This document shows positions 36,386-49,176 of a stretch of 64,000 nt of DNA, in pieces. This DNA comes from the human T2T-CHM13v2.0 reference genome, Homo sapiens, in the NCBI RefSeq assembly GCF_009914755.1, contig NC_060948.1. The stretch is one strand, 5' to 3'. Positions within the stretch are counted from its first letter, which is position 1. The number at the start of each line of letters is the position of its first letter. The position numbers and the translations under genes were made by a program. The notes below the pieces were generated by a model. That model did no database searches, was not told where the DNA came from, and saw only the letters and a program-made list of their open reading frames with translations.

Positions 36386-38383
36386 CCCTCAGGTGCCTGA
36401 GGCCCAGCAGTGCTGTGTGGTTCCCACCCCCAGCGCCCCCTCCTCCAGTCACCGCCGCGGTGTCTGCAAATGGGTCCTAAGGGAGCTCGTTGGTGTGGGG
36501 GTTGAGGCGGTAGATGGAGACGTGCCCCTCCCATGCAGGGAAGGGCTCCGCCTGGTCTGGCGAACTCAGGTCCAGTGCTCCCCTCTGGTGGGTGCGCGCT
36601 GGCTGTGTGAGCGATCGCGGTGGGCTCGGGCAGGCGACGCGTGCGCCGGCCGGCCGCCGAGGGGGCTACCGTTCTGCCTCCGACAGGTTGTGTGTGGGTT
36701 TACTTGGAGGTGCTTTGCCTGGGAGAAAGGAGGCGGGTGGACGGGGCGGGGGCCCTTGCGGGATTGCGCGCACGCGCAGTGGTCAGGACCCCCGCCCAGA
36801 CTGCGACGGCTCAAGGTTCCCACACGCAGAATTTTCCTGGTATGCAGGCCCCCTCCCTTCCCCAGGCGTCCCTGAGCACCTCTGCGGGCCTGACGAGGGG
36901 CGACTGGGGGTAGGGAGTGTGACCCACCCTCAGTGAGAAAGCCTTCTGTAGCGATCCAAGAGGTGTGCATTTGGGGTACGGGATCCCCCGGCCTGCCGCC
37001 TCTCTCTGCGTTATGGTAGCGCTGCCATAGCGACTCGCTTGCAGAGGACCCTCCTCCGCTTCCCCCTCGACGGGGTGAGGGGGGGAGATGGAGGGTTCCA
37101 CAGGCCTCCGCGGTGGGGACTGGGGGCGGCTCATCCTTTCCAGATGGGGGAGGATCCCAGCGGTCGGTGCCGGCGTCCTAGTGGTTGGGAGGCTATGCAA
37201 GCGGTGGCTGTGCCTGGCATTCCGTCCGGCGCATGACCCGCTCCACTGTGAGCCGGCTCTCCGCCCGCTCGCCTGGGGAGCAGCGACTGGTGCCGATGAC
37301 CGTGTTTGCGTGGCACGGGGTTGGGCCACCTGGCCCTGGGAAGCATCCCAAGTGGGGGCCACGCCGGTCTCCCGGAGCTTAACCGGGTGGGAGGATGGAC
37401 GAGAAATGAGCAACGTGGCCCTGGCGTTGGGTTTGTGGCTGAGGTCGCTTTGGGGTCCCGATGGCGGGAACCAGGGCTCGTGAGGCGGGTCTCGGTGGGT
37501 GCCGAGGGCCATCTGGCGTCCTAGGCGGGCTGCCGAGGGACCTCCCTCGTGTCTGTGGTGGTGGGATCCCATGGTCGCGTTTTCCTGGTGGCCCGGCCAT
37601 GCCTGAGGTTTCTCCCCGAGCCGCCCCTCTGTGGGCTCCCGGGTGACCTTGCCCTCGCGGTCCCTGGTGTTTCCTGTCTGTGACCCCCACCCCACCCGCG
37701 GATCCTCTCTCCCTGAGCGGCTCACCCGCTTAGGCTGTGGTGGCCCCCTCTGGGACCAAACCCAGCTCTGCCTTGTGGGGCGCTGCCGGGGGCCACTGGT
37801 TGGCCCTTTGTTCGTGTCCCCGGGTGTGCACCTTCGGGACCAGGTGGGCGGCGCCCCGCGTGGGCCTGGTGGGCGCCCGGAGGGTTTGGAGTCAGCCTGC
37901 GGCGCGTGCAGGAAAGAGGGTTCCGGGGGCTGGCCGTGACGGCGGCGGCGATGGGGGAGCCGCAGGCCCGCCGAAGGCCAGTCGACCACTCCTGGTACCG
38001 CGCAGGGTCGCCTTCGTGCTCGGAGGCCGCTGGTGGTGAGACCCTGGGCACTGCAGTCCGCCTGTGGTTCGCTGCCCAAACGTTGGGGCCGCCCCGTGCC
38101 GGCCTTGCACGAGTGGCTGCTGGTCACTCACAGCTGCCACGCACGGGTCGGGTGGTCTGCCTCCTCGCACGTTGGTGCGAAGGGTTCGGAGTGGTGAGCA
38201 GGTCGGGGGATGTTGTGTCATGTGGGTGTATGGGATGTCCGGTTTGCCCCACCACCACCCCCCTCCCACCGCCCCACGTTGCTTCCCTCCCTCCCACATA
38301 CCCCGTTGCCTTCCCTGCCATGCCCATCCTCACGACTTGGACTCCTGGCTCATCCTCGTGAGGCCCGGAGGCCGCTTTCTACC
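36386..38383 (+). other. rDNA 5'ETS, lacking its 5' part and the Pol I promoter
   Basis: GC-rich sequence matching the recalled internal 5'ETS ('gcgatcgcggtggg', 'gacgcgtgcgccggccggccgccgagggg', 'cagtgagaaagccttct..agcgatc'), fused directly to upstream IGS. Confidence 0.88.
37509..37608 (+). ncRNA. MIR663-like hairpin paralogue within the 5'ETS
   Basis: 'ggcgtcctaggcgggctgccgagggacctccctcgtgtctgtggtggtgggatccc..ttttcctggtggcccggccatgcctgagg' matches the recalled mir-663a/b precursors with substitutions; expression is unknown. Confidence 0.6.
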
Positions 38384-40231
38384 TACATGGTTGATCCTAC
38401 CAGAACCATATGCTTGTCTCAAAGATTAAGCCATACATGTCTAAGTACGCAGGGCCGGTCCAGTGAAACTGCAAATGGCTCATTAAATCAGTTATGGTTC
38501 TTTTGGTCACTCGCTCCTCTCCTAATTGGAAAACTGTGGTAATTCTAAATCTAATACATGCCAAAGGGCGCTGACCCCCTTCGCGGGGAAGATGCGTGCA
38601 TTTATCAGATCAAAACCAACCCAGTCAGCCCCTCTCCAGCCCCGGCCGGAGGGTCAGGTGCCACCAGCTTTTGTGACACTAGATAACCTCAGGCCAATGG
38701 CATGCCCCCAGTGGCAGCGACGACCCATTCAAAAATCTGCCTTATCAACTTTCGATGGTAGTTGCTGTGCCTACCACGGTGACCATGGGTGATGGGGAAT
38801 CAGGGTTCCACTCTGAAGAGGGAGCCTGAGAAACAGCTACCACATTCAAGGAAGGCAGCAGGTGCAAAAATTACCCACTCCCGACCGGGGGAGGTACTGA
38901 TGAAAAATAACAATACAGGACTCTTTCGAGGCCCTGTAATTGAAATGAGTCTACTTTAAATCCTTTAGGAGGATCCATTGGAGGGCAAGTCTGGTGCCAG
39001 CAGCCACAGTAATTCCAGCTCCAATAGCATATATTAAAGTTGTTAAAAAGCCCGTAGTTAGATCTTGGGAGTGGGCGGGCAGGCTAGCCATGGACCGTCC
39101 CCGCCCCTTGCCTCTCAGCACCCCCTCGATGTTCTTAGCTGAGTGTCCCGTGGCCCAAAGCGTTTACTTTGAAAAAGTTAGAGTGTTCAAAGCAGGCCTG
39201 AGCCACCTAGATATCTCAGCTAGGAATGATGGAATAGAACCGCCATTCTTTTTTGTTGGTTTTCAGGACTGAGGCCATGATTAAGAGGGATGGCTGGGGG
39301 CATTCGTATTGTGCCACTAGAGGTGAAATTCTTGGACTGGTGCAGTTCGGACCAGAGCTAAAGCATTTGCCAAGAATGTTTTCATTAACCAAGAACGAAA
39401 GTCGGAGTTTCGAAGACGATCAGATACCGTCGTTGTTCCGACCATAAACGATGCCAACTGGTGATGCAGCGGTGTTATTTCCATGACCCGCTGGGCAGCT
39501 TCCCAGAAACCAAAGTCTTTGGGTTTTTGGGTTCCCAGGCGAGTATGGTTGCAAAGCTGAAACTTAAAGGAATTGGTGGAAGGGCACCACCAGGAGTGGA
39601 GCCTGCAGCTTAATTTGACTCAATATGGGAAACCTCACCCGGCCCGGACATGGACAGGATTGACAGATTGATAGGTCTTTCTTGATTCCATGGGTGGTGG
39701 TGCATGGCCTTAGTTGGTGGAGTGATTTGTCTGGTTAATTCCGATAATGAAGGAGACTCTGGCATGCTAACTAGTTACGCGACCCCCAAGCGGTCAGCAT
39801 CCCCCAACTTCTTAGAGGGATAAGTGGCATTTAGCCACCCGAGATTGAGAAATAACACGTCTGTGATGCCCTTAGATGTCTGGGGCTGCACGCACGCTAC
39901 AGTGACTGGCTCAGCGTGTGCCTACCCTACGTGGCAGACGCGGGTAACCTGTTGAACACCATTGGTGATGGTGATCGGGGATTGCAATTATTCCCCATGA
40001 ATGACGAATTCCCAGTAAGTGTGGGTCATAGGCTTGCGTGAAGTCCCTACCCTTTGTACACACTGCCAGTCGCTACTACTGATTGGATGGTTTAGTGAGG
40101 CCCTTGGATCGGCCCCGCCGGGTCAGCCCACTGCCCTGGTGGAGCACTGAGAAGACAGTCGAACTTGACTATCTAGAGGAAGTAAAAGTCATAACAAAAT
40201 TTCCATAGTTGAACCTGTCGAGGGATCATTA
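38384..40231 (+). pseudogene. 18S rRNA pseudogene (near full length)
   Basis: Starts 'tacatggttgatcctaccag..catatgcttgtctcaaagattaagcc', contains 'gtgccagcagccacagtaattcc' and 'aaacttaaaggaattg', ends 'ggatcatta'. Many substitutions in universally conserved motifs. Confidence 0.96.
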
Positions 40232-41281
40232 ACGGAGAAGAGCAAAGCTGCAGAGGCGCTACTGCGTCCTTCCTTCTTGGCCGACTGTGTTCCCCATGCG
40301 GCACGTGTGCTGGCGGGGTTGTGCCATTTGTTTGTTGCATGGCCCCGCCTGCCCCGAGAGCCAGAGAACTCGGGAGGGAGAGAGAGGGTAGAGAGAGACA
40401 CACGTGCGGGGATGAAACTGTGTGTGCGAGTCGGGGGGCGGGCTGGATGGCTCACCGGCCTGGTGAGCAGCGGGGAACTGTCCCCTGCCGTGGCCCCCAC
40501 ATGTGTGTCGGCGGGCGTGGGGGTGGTTCTTGGCATCACGACGAGTTGTGGGTCTCTGTGTCCTCTCCGCCGGGGCTGTCATCCCTCCCTGTCCTGCCGG
40601 CTCGGCCCCATCCCACCTGCTCCCATTGGGGCCGGCCAGGTTCGCATCGCTGCCACTGCCACCATCATCGCATCTGCCACACCGCTCCACCTGGCCCGGC
40701 CTGGCCCACTGGCTCTCCCCAGCCTTCCCACTAGGGCTTCTCGAGGGTAGGGGGCTGGACGCCAGCCCCCACTCCTTGTCCGCCTCCACCATCCAGGTAC
40801 CCAGCTCGTTCTGGTGCGGAGGTTTAAGGACCCCTTGGGGGGGGTCATCAGTCCACCCGTGGGTTGGGTGCTGTGGGCCCACGGGGGAGTCCATTTGGGA
40901 GGGGTCTGCCCCTCCCTCACCTCCACTGCTGACTCCGTCTCCCCAGCTGCCGGGGCCGCGCTGCACTTGCATGTCGCCGCTGATGCCGGTGGGGGCTGTA
41001 CACAGTGGCCATCGTGCTGTCGCATGTGTGCCACGCATGTGGCGTATGCCCTGTGCTGTGGGGGCAGGAACCCCAGGGAGCCCGTGGGGTGGTGTCAGCA
41101 TTTGTCCCTCCCACCCCCATGGACGGCACCACCTCCCCATGTTGTGAAACCTTCCAACCCCTCTCTGGAGTCTCGTCCCATTGCTGTCTGACTGGCCGGC
41201 CTGAGGTAACCCCTCTGGGGGACGTGCTGTGCCAGGAGGGCCTCCCATTGTTGGGAGCGCCCTTGCCAAATTGACCTTGTA
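40232..41281 (+). other. ITS1 (degenerate)
   Basis: GC-rich spacer between 18S and 5.8S with heavy CpG->TpG/CpA decay. Confidence 0.88.
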
Positions 41282-41347
41282 TGACTTTTAGCGGTGGATC
41301 ACTCGGCTCCTGCGTTGATGAAGAATGCAGCTAGCTGTGAGAATTAA

Positions 41348-41390
<43 letters not shown>

Positions 41391-41436
41391 TTGCGGCCCG
41401 GGTTCCTCCCAGGGCTATGCCTGTCTGAGCTTTGCT
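41282..41436 (+). pseudogene. 5.8S rRNA pseudogene (RNA5-8SP6-like)
   Basis: 'tgacttttagcggtggatcactcggctcctgcgttgatgaagaatgcagctagc...gcctgtctgagc'. Confidence 0.95.
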
Positions 41437-42297
41437 TGCCAATCATTAGCCCCTGAGGGTGCCCCCAGGCTCCCTGGGGTGCACGGCTGGGGGTTCCATG
41501 GCAGGGCCCACTGGGGACCTCCATCCCCCCAAGTGCAGACCCGGCGACATCCGCCCTCCTCTCCTGCCATGCCTGCCCCTTCCCCCCCACCCCCACCACA
41601 GGTCCTGTGTGGTCACGGATTGGGTGGTGTGGGGAAGAGGGGCTCCTGGCTGTGAGGAAGAGAGAGAGAGTGGAGCCATCACCTGCAAAAACAGAGAGGG
41701 AAGAGAGCCCGCTGGGGTCGAGTTCCTGTGGCCACCACCACGGTCCTGTTTCTTCCCTCGGGGGCTCCCTCCTGCCTCACACAGCTCGTAGTGCAGGGTT
41801 TGTTGGTGCTGGTGGGGTGGATGGTCCTGTGCCATCATTGTCGTTGCGCATCATCGGTGGTGGGGGCTTGTTGGGCGGGGAGGATGGCAAGTAGGAAGGG
41901 TCCACTGGGGAGAGGGTGGGGGAGCGTGTCCCAGTTGCCGCAATTTGCTGCCCACCCCTGGTGGCAGCCCGGCGACTGGCCGACCGCCGCTCCAGTGCCC
42001 CTCCTCCCCATCACCCCTCCCAGGCACCGTCCTCTTCTCCTGCCTGCCCCCCACCTGCCTGGCTTGTGACGCGGTGTGTCCGGGGCCAGAAGCCCACCAA
42101 GCGGCCCATCTGGCAGCGTTCATGGCCATGGTCCCGGGGTTCGTTTGCCCCTGGTGATGGTCCCCTGGATGCTACAGTGTCATATGCCATCAGGTGCCCA
42201 CCTCCTGCTCTTGGCTGCGCGGTGCCTGGCGCCCCATCCAGAGCTTTGATGTCAGGGCGGAATGGTGCTGCCACATCCTTGGACCCGTCCCCCACCT
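41437..42297 (+). other. ITS2, truncated before 28S
   Basis: The GC-rich spacer ends abruptly at 'ggacccgtcccccacct'; no 'gacctcagatcagacg' 28S start follows. Confidence 0.85.
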
Positions 42298-43074
42298 ACA
42301 TTTAGTACATAGGCAATCCCATGTAACTTATCAAAGCTAGCAAGTCCCTAGACTTGGTGCAGCCACTGTAGGGGTGGCCTCCCAGTAGCATCATTAACAT
42401 CAATTGTAATTGGTAGGCAATCACTTAGTTTCACATTTCATTACCTGAGTTATACAAATGTGTAAAAAAATACAGTTTTAATAAAAGGGAGTAAAGGATA
42501 ATAAGAGTAATATTCACAATCTCTAGTTGGAAGATGTAGTGTTTTCTCACAAATGATGCATTCCTGGAGCAAGGTCATTTTGTGTTTGGTTTGTTAAATA
42601 TCTATTTCCTTTTTGACAAACCACTGGAAAATCCCAGCTTCACAAGAACTCTCCATGAGAACGATCACAGAAAAGAACACCCATAACACAAAATCAAAAC
42701 AAGGGTGCTCCGGGATTCACATTAAAGACTCATTACCAAGTTTTCTTAGAAGAGATAAAGTACACAAAGTTACTTTTGTGTGACGGAAAACAGAGAAAAA
42801 GAGTAAATAGAAAAATAAATGTTATGCAACATCAGTGAAAACCAAGCTGTGGAAAAAAATGAATGGAATTGTTTTGTTTGCTATTGATTTCCTATCCTGA
42901 TATCAGAAAGTACAGGAAAGAACAAAGCACATTTTTTTGAGACAAATAGAACATAAAACAGATGAATGTTAAAAACTATTTTACAGTGCTAACAAAACTA
43001 TCTGTGACTTGTTTTTTCCCTTTAAAAATTCGATTTTGCACAATTACATTTATATAAATTATTGAAATAAAATT

Positions 43075-43455
43075 GTAAAGATGGAGAACAGACTATGGGG
43101 TTGCCAAGCGGAAGGGGTGGAGGAAAACGTGTCAGAGTGTCAGCAAAGATTGCAAGTTGGAACCTGGTGGTGAGGCTACGGTTCTGTATCTTGACTGTGG
43201 AAGTGGTAGTTACAGAGATCTACACCACATAAAAATGCACAGAACACACTCACACACATACACACATACAAAAATGAATGCATACAAAACGGTTGCGATC
43301 TGAGTAAGCTTTCTGAATTGTACCTATGTCAGTTTCCAGGTTTTGATAATGCTCTATGGCTATGGGAGATGCCACCACTGGAATTAGTGAAGAGTACCTA
43401 AGACATCCCTGTACATTTTGCAACTTCCTGTGAATCTATAGTTATTTCAAAAGAA
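43075..43455 (+). mobile_element. Ancient L1 (L1MC/MD/ME-like) 3' end
   Basis: 'gttctgtatcttgactgtgg', 'ttgcaacttcctgtgaatctatagttatttcaaaa'. Confidence 0.7.
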
Positions 43456-43849
43456 ACTTGAAAGTCATAGCAGACTTTCACTTCAAAGAGGAAAGAAACT
43501 GAAGATTAATGGAATTGTTGAAGAACATCAAATATGCAATAATCTGTATGAGAGCTGTATTCTGTCCATTCACAGCACAGCTGTCATTTAGCCTTTTCCT
43601 GACGTGCCCTGGAGGACTTGAGCTCCTCTTGGATTGTCAAGGCCAATAGTGTTTATTTGTTACTAAATTTGTACTGGACCACCAAAAAATGAAAATTGAT
43701 TGAATAATCATTTATAATAACAACAAGTAATTTTACTTATAAAGAGACAATAATGGTAACAGATTTAAATCTTTAGGGTAAAGAATAGGATCTTTGTAAG
43801 ACAATATTGGCAAAATTTAAAAAGAAAATTAAGGAATCAGGAACATAAG

Positions 43850-44020
43850 TAGTTCAGTATTGTGAAAAAATTCTTGATCTGAGAAGCAAAAGAACAGTAT
43901 TTCTGTTTTGCGTTTCTGCTCCAAACCTGATGAATCACCTTAGGCAATGCATGCCCTTTCCCTGAATATGTTTTCTTTTCTGCAAAATAAAGTGAGATAG
44001 ATCATCTCCAAGGTCCCCCA
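43850..44020 (+). mobile_element. Probable MIR fragment
   Basis: 'caccttaggcaa...ttttcttttctgcaaaataa...gatcatctccaaggtcccc' resembles a MIR core and 3' end. Confidence 0.45.
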
Positions 44021-44147
44021 AATATTCACATTTTCGCCTCCACATGAACTTCAGTTGAATTCCTAATTTCAGTGTGGATAATACATGTGTGCTGCACCAC
44101 AAGCAGTATGTCTAAACTCTCATGTTGGTCCTAAAAACTAATTATGA

Positions 44148-47100
44148 ACAGTTTGGAAATTCTGTTGTTGTAGAATCAGCAAAGGGATATTTGTGAGCGC
44201 TTTGAGGCCATGGTGAAAAAGGAAATACCTTCACATAAAAACTCTAAAGAAGGTTTGGGAGAAACTGCTTTGTGATGTCTGCATTCATCTCACAGAGTTA
44301 AACGTTTCATTCCTTTGATAAGTCTGGAAACTCAGTTCTTGTACAATCTGCAAAGTGATATTTGTGAGTGCTTTGAGGTCTATGGTGAAAAAGGAAATAT
44401 CTTCACATAAAAACTAGACAGAAGCTTTCTGAAAAACTACTTTGTGACATGTGCATTCATCTCACAGAGTTAAACCATTCTTTTGATTGAAAAGCTTGGA
44501 AATGGTGTTCTTGCAGAATCTGCAGAGGGATATTTGTGAGTGCTTTGAGGCCTATGGTGAAAAAGGAAATATCTTCACATAAAAACTAGAAAGAAGGATT
44601 ATGAGAAACTGCTTTGTGATGTGTGCATTCATCTCACAGAGGTAAAGGCTTCTTTTCATTGAGCAGATTGGAAACTCTGTTCTTGTAGGATCCACAAAGG
44701 GGTATTTGTGAGCAGTTTGAGGCCTATCGTGAAAAAGGAAATATCATCCCATAAAAACTTGACAGAAGTTTCTGAGAAACTTCCTGTTTGTGTGTGCATT
44801 CTTTGGATTGGGCAGTTTGGAAACAGTATTTTTGTAGAATTGTCAAAGAGATATTTGTGAGCACATGGAAGCCAATGGTGAAAAAGGAAATATCTTCACA
44901 TAAAAACTAGAGAGAAGCTTTCTGAGAAACTGTTTTGTGATGTGTGCATTCATCTCAGAGTTGAACCATTCTTTTGATTGAGTAGTTTGGTAACAGTCTT
45001 TTTGTAGAATCTGCAAAGGGATATTTGTGAGTGCTTTGAAGCCTATGGTGAAAAAGGAAATATCTTCACATAAAAAACTAGAAGGAAGGTTTTTGAGAAA
45101 CTACTTTGTGATGTGTGAATGAATCTCACAGAGTTGAACCTTTCTATTGATTGAGCATTTTGGAAACAGTCTTTTTGAAGAATCTGCAAAGGGATATTTG
45201 TGAACACTTTGAGGCCTATGGTGAAAAAGTAAATATCTTCACATGAAAACTAGACAGAAGCTTTCTGAGACACATCTGTGTGATGTGTGCACTCATCTCA
45301 CAGAGTTGAACCATTCCTTTGAGAAGTTCACCAACAGTCTTTTTGTAGAATATGCAAGGGGATATTTGTGAGTGCTTTGAGGCCTATGGTGAAAAAGAAA
45401 ATATCTTCACATAAAAACTAGACAGAAGGTTTCTGAGAAACTGCTCTGCAATGTGTGCATTCATCTCACAGAGGTAAACGTTTCTTTTCATGTAGCAGAT
45501 GGGAAGCTCTTTTCTTGTAGAATCTGCAAAGGGATATTTGTGAGCAGTTTGAGGCCTATGGTGAAAAAGGAAATATCATCGCATAAAAACGTGACAGAAG
45601 TTTCTGAGAAAATTCCTAGCTATGTGTGCATTCATCTCACAGAGTTGAATGATTCTTTTGATTAAGCAGTTTGGAAACAGTATTTTTGTAGAATCAGCAA
45701 AGGGATATTTTTCAGCTCTCTGAGCCTTATGGTGAAAAAGGAAATATCTTCAATAAAAACTATAAGAATGTTTCTGAGAAGCTGTTTTGCAAGGTGTGCA
45801 TTCAACACAGAGAGATAAAAGTTTCTATTCTTTGATGAGTCTGGAAACTCTATTCTTGTAAAATCTGCAATGGGATATTTGTGAGAAGCTTGAGGCCTAT
45901 GGTGAAAAAGGAAATATCTTCACATAAAAACTAGACAGAAGATTTCAGAGAAACTTCTTTGTGATATGTGCATTCATCTCAAAGAGTTGAACCATTCTTT
46001 TGAATGAGAAGTTTGGAAACAGTCTTTTCAGAGAATCTGCAAAGGCATATTTTGAGCGTGTTGATAGGTATGGTGAAAAGGGAAATATCTTCACAAAAAA
46101 ACTGGACAGAAGCTTTCTGAGAAACTTATTTGTGATGTGTGCATTCATTTCACAGAGTTGAACCTTTCTTTTGATTGAGCAGTTTGGAAAGAGTCCTTTT
46201 CTATAATTTTCTAGAATCTGCAGAGGGATATATGTGAGCCCTTTATGGCCTAAGTTGAAATAGGAAATATATTCACATAGAAACTAGACAGAAGCATTCT
46301 GAGAAACTGCTTTGTGAAGTGTGCTTTCATCTCACAGTGTTGAACCTCCCTTTTGATTGAGGAGTCTGGAAACAGTCTTTCTGTAGAATATGCAAATGGA
46401 TATTTGGAGCTCTTTGAGGCCTAAGGTGAAAAAGGAAATATCCTCACATAAAAACTAGACAGAAGCATTCTGAGAAACTTCTTTGTGATGTATACATTCA
46501 TCTCACAGAGTTGAACCTTTCTTCTGATTGAGGAGTTTCAAAACAGTCCTTTTGTAGAATCTGCAAAGGGATATTTGTGAGCCCATTGAGGCCTACGGTG
46601 AAATAGGAAATATCTTCACATAAAAACTAGTCAGAAGATTTCTGAGAAACTTCTTTGTGATGTGTGTTTTCATCCCACAGAGTTGAACCTTTCTTTTGAT
46701 TGAGCAGTTTGGAAACACACTTTTTGTAAAATCTGCAAATGGATATTTGAAGCACTTTGAGGACTATGGTGAAAAAGGAAATATCTTCACATAAAAACTA
46801 GAAAGCAACATTCTATGAAACTTCTTTGTGATGTGTTCTTTCATCTCACAGAGTTGAACCTTTCTATTCATTGAGGAGATCAGAAACCATCTTTTTGTAG
46901 AATCTGCATATGGATATTTGGAGCAGTTTGAAGACTTGCTGAGAAAGGAAATATCTTCACATAAAAACTAGACAGAAGCATTCTGAGAAACTTCTTGGTG
47001 ACATGTGCATTTACCACACAGAGTTGAACCTTTCTTTTGATTGAACAGCTTGGAAACAATCTTTATATAGTATCTCCAGAGGGATGTTTGAGAGTGGTTT

Positions 47101-49176
47101 GAGGCTTATGGTGAAAAAGGAAATATATTCACATAAAAACTAGACAGAAGCTTTCTGAGAAACTTCTTTGTGATGTATGAATTCATCTCACAGTGTTGAA
47201 TCTTTCATTGGATTGAGCAGTTTGGAAACAATCCTTTTGTAGAATCTGCAAAGGTATATTTCTGAGCCCATTGAGGTCTATGGTGAAATATGAAATATCT
47301 TCCCATAAAAACTAGACTGAAGGTTTCTAAGAAACTTCTTTGTGATCTGTGCTTCCATCTCACAGAGTTGAACCTCTCTTTTGATTGAGCAGTTTGGAAA
47401 TACTCTTTTTGTAGAATCTGCAAATGGATATTTGGAGCACTTTGAGGCCCATGGTAAAAAAGGAAATATCTTCACATAAAAACTAAATGGAAGCTTTCTG
47501 AGAAACTTTTTTGTGATGTGTGCATTCATCTCACAGAGTTGAACAGTTCTTTTGATTGAGCAGTTAGAAATAGACTTTTCATAGAATCCACAAATGTATA
47601 TTTGAAGCAGTTTTAGGTCTATGGTGAAAAAGGAAACTTTTCACATAAAAACTAGACAGAAGCATTCTGAGAAACTTCTTTGTGATGAGAGCTTTCATCT
47701 CACAGAGTTTAACCTTTCTTTTCATGGAGCAGTTTGGAAACAGTCTTTTTGTAGAATCTGCAAAGGGAATATTTGTGAGCCGTTTGAGGCATGTGGTGAA
47801 AAAGTAAATGCCTTCACATAAAAACTAGATAGATGTATTTTGAGAAACCTCTTGGACGTTTGAATTCATCTCACAGGGTTGAACCTTTCTTTTCATTGAA
47901 CAGTTTGGAAACAGTCTTTTTGTACAATCTGCAAAGGGATATTTCTGAGCCATTTGAGGCTTATGGTGAAAAAGAAATATCTTCCCACAAAAACTAGACA
48001 GAAGCATTCTTAGAAACTACTTTGTGATGTGTCCATTCATCTCACGGAGTTGAAACTTTCTTTTGATTGAGCAGTTTGGTAACAGCATTTTTGTAGCATC
48101 TGCAAAGGTATATTTGTGAGCCCTTTATGGCCTAGGGTGAAATAGGAAATATCTTCATATAAAAACTAAACAGTAGCTTTCTGAGAAACTTCTCTGTGAT
48201 TTATGCTTTCATCTCACAGAGTTGAACATTTCCTTCGATTAAGCAGGTTGGAAGCAGTGTTTTGTACAATCTGCAAATGGATATTTGGAGCCCTTTGAGG
48301 CCTATGGTGAAAAAGGAAATATCTTCACATAAAAATTAGATGGAAGCATTCTGAGAAACTTTTTGGTGACGTTTGTATTCATCTCACACAGTCGAACATT
48401 TCTTTGATTGAAGATTTGGAAACAGTCTTTTTGTAAAATCTACAAAGGGATAATTGTGAAGCCTTTGAGGCCTATGGTGAAGTAGGAAATATCTTCATAT
48501 AAAAACTACACAGAAACATTCTGAGAAACTTTTTTGTGATGGGTGATATAGGAAATATCTTCACATAAAAGCTAGACAGACGCTTTCTGAGAAACTTCTT
48601 TTAAATGAGTGCTTTCATCTCAAGGAGTTGAGCACTTCTTTTGACTGAGCAGTTTGGAAAAACTCTTTTTGCAGAATCTGCAAATGGATAATTGAAGCGC
48701 TTTGAGGCCTATGGTGAAAAAGGAAATATCTTCACATAAAAACTAAACAGAAGCTTTCTGATAAACTACTTTGTAATGCATGCATTCATCTCACAGTGTT
48801 GAAACTTTTGATTGAGCAGTTTGTAAATGTCTTTTTGTAGAATCTGCAAATGGATATCTGTAGTGCTTTGAGGCCAAGAGGAAATATTTTCACAGAAAAC
48901 CAGACAGAAGCATTCTGAGAAACATCCTTATGATGTGTTCTTTCTTCTCACAGAGTAGAAGCTTTCTTTTGATTCAGCAGATTGCAAACAGTCTTTTTGT
49001 ACTATCTGCAGAGGGATATATCAGTGTTATCAGACCTATGGAGATAAAGAAATATCTTCACACAAAAACTAGACAGAAGCATTCTGAAAAACTTCTTCAT
49101 AATGTGTGCATTCATCGCATGTATTTGAACCTTTCTTTTGATTAAGCTGTTTGGAAACAGTCCTTTTGTAGAACCT
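44148..49176 (+). repeat. Monomeric alpha satellite, orientation A
   Basis: ~171-172-bp diverged monomers 'tatggtgaaaaaggaaatatcttcacataaaaactagacagaagc'; no CENP-B box seen. Confidence 0.96.

Noticed and set aside
38384-41436. Functional rRNA genes
   Set aside because: Promoter deleted, 28S absent, and mutations in invariant motifs (e.g. gccacagtaa for gccgcggtaa, gtcataacaaa for gtcgtaacaag).
40259-42305. 336-aa and other ORFs
   Set aside because: ITS1/ITS2 GC-rich spurious frames.
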